Shown here: one piece after another, positions 48,178 to 58,400 of the stretch
Layout of the letters: the number at the start of each line of letters is the position of its first letter
How positions within the stretch are numbered: the stretch's first letter is position 1
Assembly (NCBI GenBank): GCA_965204735.1
Contig: OZ242008.1
Location: 3,712,001-3,776,000, forward strand
Length of the DNA: 64,000 nt
Origin: Longimicrobiales bacterium
Lineage (GTDB): Bacteria > Gemmatimonadota > Gemmatimonadetes > Longimicrobiales > Gaopeijiaceae
Reading direction: 5' to 3'
Translations under genes and position numbers: made by a program
The notes under the pieces: generated by a model
Seen by the model: the letters and a program-made list of their open reading frames with translations, nothing else
What the model was told of the DNA's origin: nothing
Databases searched by the model: none

Positions 48178-49326
48178 CTACCAGCGGAGGTCCACGGTGA
48201 TGCGCCGCAGGTTGATCATGCGTCCCCCGGGCGCGTAGCTGAACACCTCTCGGCCAAGGTTCTGGTCCGGACCCCAGTCGGTCTCGACGGCGGCGACGGC
48301 GAAGTTCACGCCGCCGAGCTTCGGCGACACCGGCAGGATGTTGGGCCGAATCCTGTAGGGGCTGTGCGTCGCGTAGTGCCATTTGTTCTTCTCTACGCCC
48401 GATTCCCAAATCGATCCTCGAATCCGGGTTCCGTGGACGTTGGTATAGGCAAGCGTGGTCTTGACTTCAGCAGTGCCGACCGCGTCGCCACGAATCAGCA
48501 GCCTGAAGTCGTGGAGGACGGAAGGCGAGTGCGTGACGCTAGGGTCGCGAACACCAGCGGGGAGCGCTGCGACCTCCGAGGCCGCGACCGACAACCCAAG
48601 CGTCTCGGCCACGGCCTTCGCCACTTCGCCTTCCGAGTCGTAGCGCCCGTAGTCCACCGAGACGGGCGGGCGGTCTCCGACCTGGTGCGTCCAGACGATC
48701 GCCGTCTCCCCGTCGTCCGGGTCCTGGATCACGACTCCCGGCCCGTCGGCTTGGCGGCCGATGCGTGTTCCCCAACTCTCTCGGGGGTGCACGTAGAAGA
48801 AGGCGTCGTATCCCTCGACTTGACTCATCTTCGTGGCCTCCTTTCTGCGTCCTGCGGGCTCGTGGACCGCGAAGTCGAGCGCGTCCGGGTCCCACGAGCC
48901 CGCGACTCCGATGTGGGGGGTACCCCTCCACGCCAGCCGGTGTTCCCGGAGGGGGACCGAGATGACCAGCTCGGCGACTTCGTCGAGTCGAGCGACCTGA
49001 GCGAGAAGCTCGGCTTCCTCCATGCCCAACGCCGCGGCGCTGCCAGCCAGCAGTCCGGCGCCTTCGGGGCTGCGGAGGTAGTCGCCGAGGATCAGCTGGT
49101 GCTCGACTTGGGTGGAGGCTCTCATGGCGGCCAGGATGCTCAGCCGGGCATCGGCAGACGCCAAGCTGCGGGCCAGGGCGCCAGCCGCCCAGGAGATCGG
49201 GGGCTCCGCGTCCAGCGAGGACGGGACGGCGGGGTCGCCGGCCGGCGTCGGGGCAGGGCGCGTGGTGGTGTCGCAGGCCGCCGCAGAGACGGCGAGCGCG
49301 ACGAGGAAGAACTTGGTGCTTTTCAT
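48178..49326 (-). CDS. putative lipoprotein
   Basis: MKSTKFFLVALAVSAAAC lipobox; AAGGA RBS. Confidence 0.72.
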   Translation of the reverse strand: MKSTKFFLVALAVSAAACDTTTRPAPTPAGDPAVPSSLDAEPPISWAAGALARSLASADARLSILAAMRASTQVEHQLILGDYLRSPEGAGLLAGSAAALGMEEAELLAQVARLDEVAELVISVPLREHRLAWRGTPHIGVAGSWDPDALDFAVHEPAGRRKEATKMSQVEGYDAFFYVHPRESWGTRIGRQADGPGVVIQDPDDGETAIVWTHQVGDRPPVSVDYGRYDSEGEVAKAVAETLGLSVAASEVAALPAGVRDPSVTHSPSVLHDFRLLIRGDAVGTAEVKTTLAYTNVHGTRIRGSIWESGVEKNKWHYATHSPYRIRPNILPVSPKLGGVNFAVAAVETDWGPDQNLGREVFSYAPGGRMINLRRITVDLRW

Positions 49327-49513
49327 CGGATTTCCTTTGGTTGGGGAGCCGGTGGGTATCCGGCCTTTGTTGGCGCCGTCCAGAATCAGGCCGAGTGCCG
49401 GACCGGAAGCGCTGTGACAGGTAATACCCCGGTTTCCCGAAAGGTTCCCTCGGGTGCGCGCCGTCGTTCCTCCCGACCACGGCACCGCCCTGCCGAATGG
49501 GAGAGACGACGGA

Positions 49514-49543
49514 TTGACTACTACGGTTTTTGTTCGGTATCTT
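49514..49543 (+). promoter_or_regulatory. sigma70-type promoter of imuA (probably leaderless transcript)
   Basis: TTGACT-18 bp-TATCTT, 8 nt before the ATG at 49552; no SD sequence. Confidence 0.55.
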
Positions 49544-49551
49544 GCCAGGCC

Positions 49552-50295
49552 ATGCTTGCCCGATCCACATCTCCATCGGCGTCCGTGCCGGTGTCCGCGT
49601 CCGTGCCAGCGTCCGCGTCTCGGCGGCCCGTACCGGAGGCCCTTCGTCGCGCGCTCCATCGTCTGGAGAACGGGGGAGCGACCCGGCATCCGCCGTTGCC
49701 GCTGGGCATCCGCGAGATCGACGCGGCTCTTCCCGAAGGCGGGCTTCGGCGGGGGTGCGTCCACGAGGTGGGCGGCGACGAGGCCGCCACCGGCTTCTGC
49801 GCCGCCCTGCTGGCTCGGGCGGGCGCCGGTGGCGGGACGCTGCTGTGGCTGGCGCGAGGCTGGGACCTGTACCCGCCGGGCTTGGTCCGCTATGGGATCG
49901 CCCCGGGCCGGCTGGTGGTGGTCTCCGGGCTGGGCCGGCCGGACGACGTGGCGTGGGCGATGGAGGAGGTGCTGCGCAGCGGGGCGGCAAGAGGGGTCGT
50001 GGCGGAAAGCGGGTCGGTCGGAGTTGCGGCTTCGAGGCGCTTGATGCTTGCCGCCGAAGGGTCCGACGTGGTGGGGCTGGCGCTGACGGCTTCGTCGGCG
50101 AGGAGCGTGGCGGCGACAAGGCCGGGCGCGGGCGGAGCGGGCGTTCCGACGGCGGCCAGCCGCTGGCGGGTCACCGCGGTTCCAGGCGCCGGGGCGGCGA
50201 GATGGCGCATCGAGCTTCTCCGTTGCCGGGGAGGACGGTCGGCGGAGACGGTCGCGAGCTGGGGCGGCGACGGCTGGGGCGGTCGCGACCGATGA
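49552..50295 (+). CDS. imuA: ImuA (RecA-like mutagenesis protein)
   Basis: LGIREIDAALPEGGL..GCVHE; YPPGL; WAMEEVLRSG; SRRLMLAAE. Confidence 0.88.
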   Translation: MLARSTSPSASVPVSASVPASASRRPVPEALRRALHRLENGGATRHPPLPLGIREIDAALPEGGLRRGCVHEVGGDEAATGFCAALLARAGAGGGTLLWLARGWDLYPPGLVRYGIAPGRLVVVSGLGRPDDVAWAMEEVLRSGAARGVVAESGSVGVAASRRLMLAAEGSDVVGLALTASSARSVAATRPGAGGAGVPTAASRWRVTAVPGAGAARWRIELLRCRGGRSAETVASWGGDGWGGRDR

Positions 50296-52001
50296 GCGCC
50301 TGCACCGCCTCGCGCGTCTCGTCGCGACGCATCTTGGCGGCGTGGCTGCCCTGGTGGCCCACCGAGAGGCTGGCGCGACGGCTCCCGGAGGCGCGGGAGC
50401 GGTGCTTCGCCACCGTCACCGAAGCCAGGGGCAGGATGGTGGTCGGGGCGGTCAACCTCCGCGCCCGGCGGGCCGGGGTGGTCGGGGGAATGCCCCTGGC
50501 GGACGCCCGGGCCGTCGTTCCCGACTTGGTCGTCCGTCCCGCCGACCCAGCGGGCGACGCGAGCACGCTGGAGTCGCTGGCCCGATGGGCGGTTCGCTTC
50601 ACGCCCCGCGTCGCCGTTGCCGGGCCGGACGCCTTCTTTCTCGACATCGGCGGATGCGCTCACCTCTTCGACGGCGAGCGAGTGCTGGCGGAGTTGCTGC
50701 GGGAGGGGCTCGCCCGTCTCGGCCTGACTTCGCGGGCGGCGCTGGCCGACACGCCGGGGGCCGCCTGGGCCCTGGCCCGCTACGGCAAGGAGGAGCTTGC
50801 CGTGGCGCCCGCGGCCGCCGGGCCGGAGGGGATGAGGGACGTGCTGGCCGAGCTTCCCGTCGCCGCCCTGCGCCTGGACCCGGTTGTCGTCGAAGCCATG
50901 TCGTCCTTCGGCCTGGAGAAGATCCACGCACTGTTCGACCTGGAGTCCGTCGACCTGGGCCGCCGCTTCGGCTTCGACCTTCCCCGACGGATCGACCAAG
51001 CCATCGGCCTGCGGGAAGAGCCCATCGTCCCCCTTCGGCCCACTCTGCCCCGAGAGGTTCGCCGGGCCTTCGCCGAGCCGGTTGCCAGAGCGGAAGACGT
51101 CTGGGCGGCGACGGAGCAGCTTCTGGGCGACTTGTGCCAGCTGCTGCGAAGAACGGGGGAAGGCGCTCGACGGCTGCGGCTCGTCTGCTGCCGGGTGGAC
51201 GGGAGGCCCCAAAGCCTGGTCGTCGGGACCAGCCGCCCCACGCGGCGGCAGGATCGCCTCATGAACCTGTTCGCCGAGAAGCTGGGCGAAGTGGAGCCCG
51301 GCTTCGGGATCGAGGAGATGGCGCTCTCCGCAGAAGTGGCGGAGCCCGTCGGAGAGGGGCAGACCGACTGCTGGGCGGGCGGAGGCCTGCCGGACCGGGA
51401 AGGCGGCATGGGCGGCATGGGCGACCATGACGGCAAGCTCTCCGGCCTCTTGGACCGCCTGGGGAACCGCTTCGGCTTCGACCGAGTGACGCGACCGGCG
51501 CCCCGCAGCAGCTGGCTGCCCGAAAGGGCGGTCGGAAAGAGCGCGCTCCTCGTCTCGTCCACGGCGTCGCTGGCGGCAGCGGTCGCTGGATGGCCCAAGG
51601 GACGGTGGCGCAGCGGCAAAGACCGGCCGGTCGCTGGGCGAGGCGCCGCCGTCGCCGGCTGGCCCGAGGGACGGCGTCGTCCGCTTCGCCTCTTGTCGCC
51701 GCCGGAGCGGGTGGAGGTGCCCGCCGAGCCCGGTCCCGGCCGGCCCCCGGCCCGCTTCCGTCGCGGGGGACGGATGCACCGCACGCGGTTTGCCGAAGGT
51801 CCCGAGCGGATCGAGTGCGAGTGGTGGCGAGAAGCGGCTCCGTCCCGGGACTACTACTTGGTGGAAGACGAAAGCGGCCGGCGCTGGTGGCTGTTTCGAG
51901 AGGCGGCGCGGCCTGCGAGCGACGGCACGAGTCGGAACGACGCTCCCGGCGACCGCTCCGACGACGCGCCCCGCTGGTTCCTCCACGGAGTCTTCGCGTG
52001 A
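50292..52001 (+). CDS. imuB: ImuB (inactive Y-family polymerase)
   Basis: WLPWWPTERL, RFTP, GPERIECEWW, RDYY, WFLHGVFA. Confidence 0.9.
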   Translation: MSACTASRVSSRRILAAWLPWWPTERLARRLPEARERCFATVTEARGRMVVGAVNLRARRAGVVGGMPLADARAVVPDLVVRPADPAGDASTLESLARWAVRFTPRVAVAGPDAFFLDIGGCAHLFDGERVLAELLREGLARLGLTSRAALADTPGAAWALARYGKEELAVAPAAAGPEGMRDVLAELPVAALRLDPVVVEAMSSFGLEKIHALFDLESVDLGRRFGFDLPRRIDQAIGLREEPIVPLRPTLPREVRRAFAEPVARAEDVWAATEQLLGDLCQLLRRTGEGARRLRLVCCRVDGRPQSLVVGTSRPTRRQDRLMNLFAEKLGEVEPGFGIEEMALSAEVAEPVGEGQTDCWAGGGLPDREGGMGGMGDHDGKLSGLLDRLGNRFGFDRVTRPAPRSSWLPERAVGKSALLVSSTASLAAAVAGWPKGRWRSGKDRPVAGRGAAVAGWPEGRRRPLRLLSPPERVEVPAEPGPGRPPARFRRGGRMHRTRFAEGPERIECEWWREAAPSRDYYLVEDESGRRWWLFREAARPASDGTSRNDAPGDRSDDAPRWFLHGVFA

Positions 52002-55000
52002 GCCTCGACGCCGGCGACGCACCCGACTTCGCCCCTGCCGCCACCGTCCCGGTCCCCCGCAGCTCTGCGTCCGTCGCCGACGCGTCGGTCCCCAAGGACT
52101 CTGCGCCTTCCGCCGCCGACCCGACCCCCGCCTACGCCGAGCTTCAAGTCACCAGCAACTTCTCCTTCTTGCGGGGAGCTTCCCACCCCGAGGAACTGAT
52201 CGAGCGGGCCTGCGCAATGGGCTTTCGGGCCGTCGCGCTGACGGACCGGAACACGCTGGCGGGGGTCGTCCGGGCCTACCACGCGGCCAAGCAGACGAAG
52301 GCCAAGGAAGCCGGACTTCGCTTCATCGCCGGCGCCCGCCTCGATCTGGAGGACGGGCCGAGCCTGCTCTGCCTGCCGACGACCCGAGCGGGCTACGGAC
52401 GGCTGGCCCGCCTGATCACCGACGGACGGCGACGGGCGCCCAAGGGGGAGTGCCGGCTGTGGCGGGCGGACGTGGTCTGCGCGGCCCGAGAACGCCGAAC
52501 GGCCCAGGAAAGCACCGGGAACCGACAGGAGTGCGAGGAGGCCGGAAACCGACAGAAGTGCGAGGCCGCCGGAAGTCGAACGGAAAGCGGTGAACGCTGG
52601 CCAGCCCCCGACCAAGTCTTCGTTGTCGTGCCGCCGGAGGAGCCCGGTCCCGACTTCCCCGAGCAGCTCGCTTGGTACCGAGAACGGCTGGACGCGCCGC
52701 TCTACCTGGCCGCGACCCACTACCGCCGGGGCGACGACGACCGCCGCCTGGCCCGCCTCGCCGCCCTTGCCGACGCGCAAGGCGTCCCCCTCGTCGCCAC
52801 CGGAGACGTGGAGATGCACGACCCTGCGCGCCGTCGCCTTCACGACGTGCTGGCCTGCGTCCGGGAGCGCTGCACGATCGACGCGGCAGGCCGACGGCTG
52901 GCGCCCAACGCGGACCGCCACCTCAAGACGCCGGCGGAGATGACGCGGCTCTTCCGCAACCACCCGCAGGCGCTGGCCAACGCCGTGGAGATCGCCGAGC
53001 GCTGCCGCTTCTCGTTGGGCGAGCTTCGCTACGAGTACCCCGACGAAGTGTCCGACGACGGTCGTCCGCCGCAGGAAAAGCTGGAGGCGCTGGCGTGGGA
53101 AGGGGCGGCCCGCCGCTGGCCGGACGGCGTTCCTTCCAAGGTCCGCGCCGCCGTCGAGCAGGAGCTGGCGCTCATCGGCCGGCTGGGGTACGCGCCCTAC
53201 TTCTTGACCGTGGACGACATCGTCCGCACGGCCCGCGGCTTGGGCATCCTCTGCCAGGGACGGGGGTCGGCGGCGAACTCGGCGGTGTGCTACTGCCTGG
53301 GCATCACCTCCGTCGACCCCACCCGCATCGACTTGCTCTTCGAGCGCTTCATCTCGGCGGAGCGGGACGAGCCGCCCGACATCGACGTGGACTTCGAGCA
53401 CGAGCGGCGTGAAGAAGTCGTCCAGTACATCTACCGGAAGTACGGACGGGAACGGGCGGGGCTGACGGCGACGGTGATCACCTACCGGACCCGCAGCGCG
53501 CTTCGGGACGTGGGCAAGGCGATGGGGCTGAGCAAGGACGTGATCGACCGCCTCCTCTCCCAGACGTCGAGCTGGTCCGGGCCGGTGGACGAAGCGAGGG
53601 CCAAGGAGGAGGGACTCGACCCGTCGGAACACCGGCTCGCCCTGACGCTGGCGCTCGCCGACGAGTTGCGCGGATTTCCCCGCCACCTGTCCCAGCACAC
53701 GGGGGGCTTCGTCGTTTCGCGGGGACCGCTGTGCGAGATCGTGCCGATCCAGAACGCCGCCATGGCGGACCGCACGGTGATCGAGTGGAACAAGGACGAC
53801 CTGGAAGCGCTGGGCCTCGTCAAGGTCGACGTGCTGGGCCTGGGAATGCTGTCGTGCATACGCCGCTCCTTCGAGCTGCTGGAGGCGCATCACGGCGTCC
53901 GCCACACGCTGGCCAGCGTTCCGCAAGAAGACCCGGCGGTGTACGAGATGATCCAGCGCGCCGACACGGTGGGCGTCTTTCAGATCGAAAGCCGCGCCCA
54001 GATGGCGATGCTGCCCCGCTTGAAGCCGGCGACCTTCTACGACTTGGTGATCGAAATCGCGATCGTGCGCCCTGGGCCGATCCAGGGCGACATGGTGCAT
54101 CCGTACCTGCGCAGACGCAAAGGCGTGGAGCCGGTGCGCTACCCTTCCGACGAGCTGCGCCAAGTGCTGGAGAAGACCTTGGGCGTTCCGCTCTTTCAGG
54201 AACAGGCGATGAAGGTGGCGATCGTCGCGGCGGGCTTCGCTCCGGCGGAGGCCGACCAGCTGCGGCGGGCGATGGCCAGCTTCCGCAACTACGGGACGGT
54301 GCACCGCTTCAGGGACAAGTTCGTGGAAGGGATGACCGGCCGAGGGTACGACCAAGCCTTCGCCGAGCGCTGCTTCCGGCAGATCGAAGGCTTCGGCGAC
54401 TACGGATTCCCCGAAAGCCACGCGGCCAGCTTTGCGCTCTTGGCCTACGTCTCGTCGTGGCTGAAGCGCCACTACCCGGAAGTCTTTGCATGCGCGCTGC
54501 TGAACAGCCAGCCCATGGGCTTCTACGCCCCGGCCCAGATCGTGCGCGACGCCCGCGACCACGGCGTGGAGGTGCGCCCCGCCGACGTCAACCACTCGGC
54601 GTGGGAGTGCGTCCTGGAGCCGATGGAACCGGCGGCACCGGCGGAGTCGGCGGAGTCGAGGACCGGCGAGCAGGCCGGCAACCGTCGTCGCGGGCCGGGT
54701 CGCCCCTTCGCGCTGCGTCTGGGGCTGCGGCAGATCAAGGGGCTGCGGAAGGAAGAGGCGACGTTGGTGGCGGCGGCGCGGGGAGACGGCTACTGGTCGC
54801 CGGAGGAGTTGTGGCGACGGTCGGGGGTTTCCCGAGGCACGCTCGTGCGCTTGGCCAACGCCGACGCCCTCGTCTCGATGGGAATGGACCGTCGGCAGGC
54901 CGCGTGGGCCGCAGGAGACGTGCAAAGGGAAGGCTCGTTGCCGCTCTTCGACTCGGCTCGACCGGAAGCCCGCCCGGACCAGCGGCCCCGGCCGAGTCGA

Positions 55001-55561
55001 CAGTCCCGGCCAAGCCGGCGAGCCGACTACGGCCGGCAGCCCCGGCCCGTCCAGCTCGAACCGGCACTGCCCGCCATGTCGGCGGGAGAGCACGTGGCGG
55101 CCGACTACCGGGCGACGGGCCTCTCCCTCAAGCGCCACCCGGTCGCGTTTCTGCGGGAACGCCTGGCGCGACGGGGGGTGCGTCCGACGGAAGAGTTGGC
55201 CCAGCTGCCGAACGGGGCGCGGGTCGCGGTGGCGGGGATCGTGCTTGTGCGCCAGCGCCCCGGGACTGCCCGCGAGGTGGTGTTCGTCACGCTGGAAGAC
55301 GAGACGGGGACGGCCAACTTGGTCGTCTTCCCGTCCGTGCGGGAGCGGTGGCGCCGCGACTTGCTGACCGCGCGGCTGATGGTCTGTCGCGGCAAGGTGC
55401 AGGCCGAGGACGGCGTGATCCACGTGATCGCGGAGAAGATCGAGGCCCTGAACGGGTGGCTGGAAAACGTGGGGCGGGCGGAGGGAGACAGCGGCGGCAA
55501 GGGCTGCGACGGCGCCGCCGGAAGGAGCGCCTTTGTGGAGAGAGGGCGGTTCTTTCACTGA
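51998..55561 (+). CDS. dnaE2: error-prone DNA polymerase DnaE2 (ImuC)
   Basis: SNFSFLRGASHPEEL, GRGSAANS, PPDIDVDFE, YGFPESH, NSQPMGFY, RQRPGTA. Confidence 0.95.
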   Translation: MSLDAGDAPDFAPAATVPVPRSSASVADASVPKDSAPSAADPTPAYAELQVTSNFSFLRGASHPEELIERACAMGFRAVALTDRNTLAGVVRAYHAAKQTKAKEAGLRFIAGARLDLEDGPSLLCLPTTRAGYGRLARLITDGRRRAPKGECRLWRADVVCAARERRTAQESTGNRQECEEAGNRQKCEAAGSRTESGERWPAPDQVFVVVPPEEPGPDFPEQLAWYRERLDAPLYLAATHYRRGDDDRRLARLAALADAQGVPLVATGDVEMHDPARRRLHDVLACVRERCTIDAAGRRLAPNADRHLKTPAEMTRLFRNHPQALANAVEIAERCRFSLGELRYEYPDEVSDDGRPPQEKLEALAWEGAARRWPDGVPSKVRAAVEQELALIGRLGYAPYFLTVDDIVRTARGLGILCQGRGSAANSAVCYCLGITSVDPTRIDLLFERFISAERDEPPDIDVDFEHERREEVVQYIYRKYGRERAGLTATVITYRTRSALRDVGKAMGLSKDVIDRLLSQTSSWSGPVDEARAKEEGLDPSEHRLALTLALADELRGFPRHLSQHTGGFVVSRGPLCEIVPIQNAAMADRTVIEWNKDDLEALGLVKVDVLGLGMLSCIRRSFELLEAHHGVRHTLASVPQEDPAVYEMIQRADTVGVFQIESRAQMAMLPRLKPATFYDLVIEIAIVRPGPIQGDMVHPYLRRRKGVEPVRYPSDELRQVLEKTLGVPLFQEQAMKVAIVAAGFAPAEADQLRRAMASFRNYGTVHRFRDKFVEGMTGRGYDQAFAERCFRQIEGFGDYGFPESHAASFALLAYVSSWLKRHYPEVFACALLNSQPMGFYAPAQIVRDARDHGVEVRPADVNHSAWECVLEPMEPAAPAESAESRTGEQAGNRRRGPGRPFALRLGLRQIKGLRKEEATLVAAARGDGYWSPEELWRRSGVSRGTLVRLANADALVSMGMDRRQAAWAAGDVQREGSLPLFDSARPEARPDQRPRPSRQSRPSRRADYGRQPRPVQLEPALPAMSAGEHVAADYRATGLSLKRHPVAFLRERLARRGVRPTEELAQLPNGARVAVAGIVLVRQRPGTAREVVFVTLEDETGTANLVVFPSVRERWRRDLLTARLMVCRGKVQAEDGVIHVIAEKIEALNGWLENVGRAEGDSGGKGCDGAAGRSAFVERGRFFH
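52515..52595 (+). repeat. 27-bp in-frame tandem repeat (2 copies plus 1 degenerate) within dnaE2
   Basis: ccgggaaccgacaggagtgcgaggagg / ccggaaaccgacagaagtgcgaggccg / ccggaagtcg... Confidence 0.7.
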
Positions 55562-55578
55562 AGCGGTTAGATTTGGAG

Positions 55579-57324
55579 ATGGCCGCGACCACCATCTCGG
55601 GATCGAACTTGAAGCACCTCCTGCGCGAGATCGCTTGGCCCCGGCGGTGGCTCCTTCTGCTGGGAGTCCTGCTGATTCTGGTCACCCAGCTTGCGAGGCT
55701 CGTGCTGCCCGTTTCGTCGAAGTACTTGTTCGACGGGGTGATCGCCAACGGCGACACCGGGCTGCTCTTCCTGCTGGCCGGGGTGGTCGGAGGAGCCGTG
55801 GCGGTTCAAGCGGCATCGTCCTACGCATTGACGATTCTGTTGGACATCGAAGGACACAAGATCGTCGCCGGGCTCCGTTCGGAGGTGCAGAAGCACGTGA
55901 TCGAGCTTCCAGTGCGCTTCTTCGACCACGCCAAGTCGGGAAACCTCGTGTCTCGGGTCATGCACGACGTCGAAGGAGTTCCGACCATCGTCGGCGCAGG
56001 TCTTGTGCAGCTTGTCGGCGGAGCGGTCACCACCGTCGTCGCCTTGGTCTTTCTTGTGCAAATCGACCCGGTCATGACTTTGCTTGCGGTCGTCCCTCTT
56101 GTGAGCTTTGCGTGGATTTCCAGGAGCGCGCTGAAGAGGATGCGCCCCGCGTTCCGGGAGCGGCGCAAGATCGAGTCCCAAGTCACCGGCCGTCTGAACG
56201 AAGCCCTGGGAGGCATACGCATCATCAAGGGCTTCAACGCGACCAAGCTGGAAGGCAATGCTTTTCGCGCGGGCGCCATGAAGATCTTCGCCAAGACGGC
56301 AACGACGCTGAAGGTGTCGAGCATCGTGGCCTGCGGCAGCGCCTTCTTCACGGGGATAGCCGGAGTTCTCGTCTTGATCTACGGCGGACAGCTTGTCGTT
56401 TCCGGCGAGGTCACGACCGGAGAGCTCGTTTCCTTCACTGCCGTCTTGGCGATGCTGGTGGCGCCCGTGTCGCAAATGACCGGAGTGGGCGTCCAACTCA
56501 CCGACGTGCTGGCTGGACTGGACCGAACGGTCGAGCTGTTGTCGCAGCCGCAGGAAGGCGACGATCGGCGCCGCGTCGTGACGATGCCGCCGATCCGGGG
56601 ACGCCTGACGTTCGAGGACGTGCACTTTCGCTACGACGCGGACAAGCCCGTTCTGAAGGGAGTCGGCTTCGAGGCAATGCCTGGGATGGTCGTGGCCCTG
56701 GTGGGCAGTTCGGGGTCCGGCAAGTCGACTGTCGCATCCCTGGCCGCGTCGTTTCGGACGCCGGACGCCGGACGGGTGCTCGTGGACGGAATCGACTTGC
56801 GGGAAGTGAAGCTGGCGTCCTACCGCAGACAGCTCGGCCTAGTGCTCCAGGACGACTTCCTCTTCGACGGCACGATCCGGGAGAACATGCGCCTTGCCCG
56901 ACCGTCGGCGTCCGACGCCGAAGTCGAGCAGGCGGCGGAGCAAGGTTGCGTGAACGAGTTCAGCGATCTCTTCCCCGAAGGACTGGACACGGTGATCGGC
57001 GAACGGGGCGTCAAGCTGTCGGGCGGACAGCGGCAGCGGGTGACGATCGGCCGCGCGGTGCTGGCGGACCCGCGCATCCTGATCCTGGACGAAGCCACCT
57101 CCAGCCTGGACACCCAGAGCGAGGCGCTGATCCAGAAGAGCTTGGCGGATCTGACCAGGGGCCGCACGACGCTGGTGATCGCTCACCGGCTGTCGACGAT
57201 TCGACGCGCCGACCTCATCCTCGTCATGGACGACGGCCGGATCGTCGAGCGGGGCGGTCACGACGAGCTGATGGCTCGGGGCGAACGCTACTACGAGCTG
57301 TACACCGTGCAGGCGAGAATATGA
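55579..57324 (+). CDS. ABC exporter (fused TM and ATPase domains, MsbA-like)
   Basis: GSSGSGKS, LSGGQRQR, ILDEATS; several TM helices. Confidence 0.92.
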   Translation: MAATTISGSNLKHLLREIAWPRRWLLLLGVLLILVTQLARLVLPVSSKYLFDGVIANGDTGLLFLLAGVVGGAVAVQAASSYALTILLDIEGHKIVAGLRSEVQKHVIELPVRFFDHAKSGNLVSRVMHDVEGVPTIVGAGLVQLVGGAVTTVVALVFLVQIDPVMTLLAVVPLVSFAWISRSALKRMRPAFRERRKIESQVTGRLNEALGGIRIIKGFNATKLEGNAFRAGAMKIFAKTATTLKVSSIVACGSAFFTGIAGVLVLIYGGQLVVSGEVTTGELVSFTAVLAMLVAPVSQMTGVGVQLTDVLAGLDRTVELLSQPQEGDDRRRVVTMPPIRGRLTFEDVHFRYDADKPVLKGVGFEAMPGMVVALVGSSGSGKSTVASLAASFRTPDAGRVLVDGIDLREVKLASYRRQLGLVLQDDFLFDGTIRENMRLARPSASDAEVEQAAEQGCVNEFSDLFPEGLDTVIGERGVKLSGGQRQRVTIGRAVLADPRILILDEATSSLDTQSEALIQKSLADLTRGRTTLVIAHRLSTIRRADLILVMDDGRIVERGGHDELMARGERYYELYTVQARI

Positions 57325-57399
57325 TCGTGGACAACGAGAACACGGGTCGTGGAAGGCGGGGCGACGCCTCGGCGTGAACCGACACAAAGTCCCCCCGGC

Positions 57400-57714
57400 T
57401 CACTCCGGCAGTCGGCGCGCCGGCAGAGGCGGAACCGGATGGACGCCCAGGACGACGTGCCAGTAGACCCACGAACGCGCATCGAATATCCCTGGATGCG
57501 CCAGCCGAAGCACCTCGCGCAGGTGGTCGTCGGAGAAGTGGTCGCGGGTTGCCGCCACGTCGGCGACCGTGCCGAAGGTCATGACGTGACAAAGAAGGAG
57601 CACGGGGTCGCGCAAGCTCTCTTCCGGCTCCTTGAACCACACCATGCGCTTCGCGACGCGCAGGAGTTCTTGCGTGACCCGCAATGGGAAGCTTGGAGGC
57701 GTCACCGGTCGCAT
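57400..57714 (-). CDS. small partner protein of the AbiEii-type nucleotidyltransferase
   Basis: VWF..PEE, HVMTFGT, PGIFDARSWVYWH; overlaps the toxin stop. Confidence 0.65.
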   Translation of the reverse strand: MRPVTPPSFPLRVTQELLRVAKRMVWFKEPEESLRDPVLLLCHVMTFGTVADVAATRDHFSDDHLREVLRLAHPGIFDARSWVYWHVVLGVHPVPPLPARRLPE

Positions 57715-58400
57715 CCTTGCGGGACGAGGCCCGTTCGCGGAGACGCGGCTTGGGGTCGCCTCGGGGGCCTCGGGGTTGCGCCCTTCACGGCCGCGGCCAG
57801 GCGTCGGCGGACGTCTTCGGGCACCGTCGCCAAGTCGCCGTCGCCGAAGTAGACCAGGGCCTTCAGGGTCGGGAGCGGGTTGAAGGCGGGGCCGTGAACC
57901 GCTCCGGCGGCTGCCAGTGCTTCCTCCAACGACACGCCTCCCTGGGCGATCGCGGCGTCCAGGTCGATGTAGTCCTTGACGCTGGCGCGTCTCTGCACCA
58001 GCTCCGCCTTGGCGGCCGCGAGGTCGATCAGGGAAGCCACCTTGACGCCGGCGCCCTTGGCGATCTGGGGGTCGTTCGCCCGGTCGAGGCGGAGTCCGCC
58101 GAAGTACGAGACGCGGACCAGCCCGTTGCGGTCCAGCAAGCAGGTCAGGGTGTCGGCGGCTTGCCGCAGGACTTCCGCGCCGCAGAGGTACGGGACACGG
58201 GCCCGCAGGTGGACGGGGTCGAACGGCTCGGCCGAGAAGAAGTCGAAGTCCTCGGACGTTCGGTGGCCCAGTCGAAGCGCCAGGGCCGTGCCGCCGTAGA
58301 GGACGAACTCCGCCGGGGTTTGCCCGAGTTCGCCCCACAGGCGGCGCTGGGGCGGCGGGAGCGTCTCGAGCCGGGGGACGAACTCTAGCAGGTCAGGCAA
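57702..58400 (-). CDS. AbiEii/AbiGii-type nucleotidyltransferase toxin
   Basis: FVLYGGTALALRLGHRTSEDFDFF; KDYIDL. Confidence 0.85.
   Translation of the reverse strand: MPDLLEFVPRLETLPPPQRRLWGELGQTPAEFVLYGGTALALRLGHRTSEDFDFFSAEPFDPVHLRARVPYLCGAEVLRQAADTLTCLLDRNGLVRVSYFGGLRLDRANDPQIAKGAGVKVASLIDLAAAKAELVQRRASVKDYIDLDAAIAQGGVSLEEALAAAGAVHGPAFNPLPTLKALVYFGDGDLATVPEDVRRRLAAAVKGATPRPPRRPQAASPRTGLVPQGCDR

Noticed and set aside
49521..49535. Alphaproteobacterial LexA box GTTC-N7-GTTC
   Set aside because: The first half-site is CTAC (2 mismatches), too weak to call
47218..50295. 1025-aa ImuA fusion (likewise 26512-29919, 41027-43072, 53731-57324)
   Set aside because: The N-terminal extensions overlap other genes; the real starts are downstream
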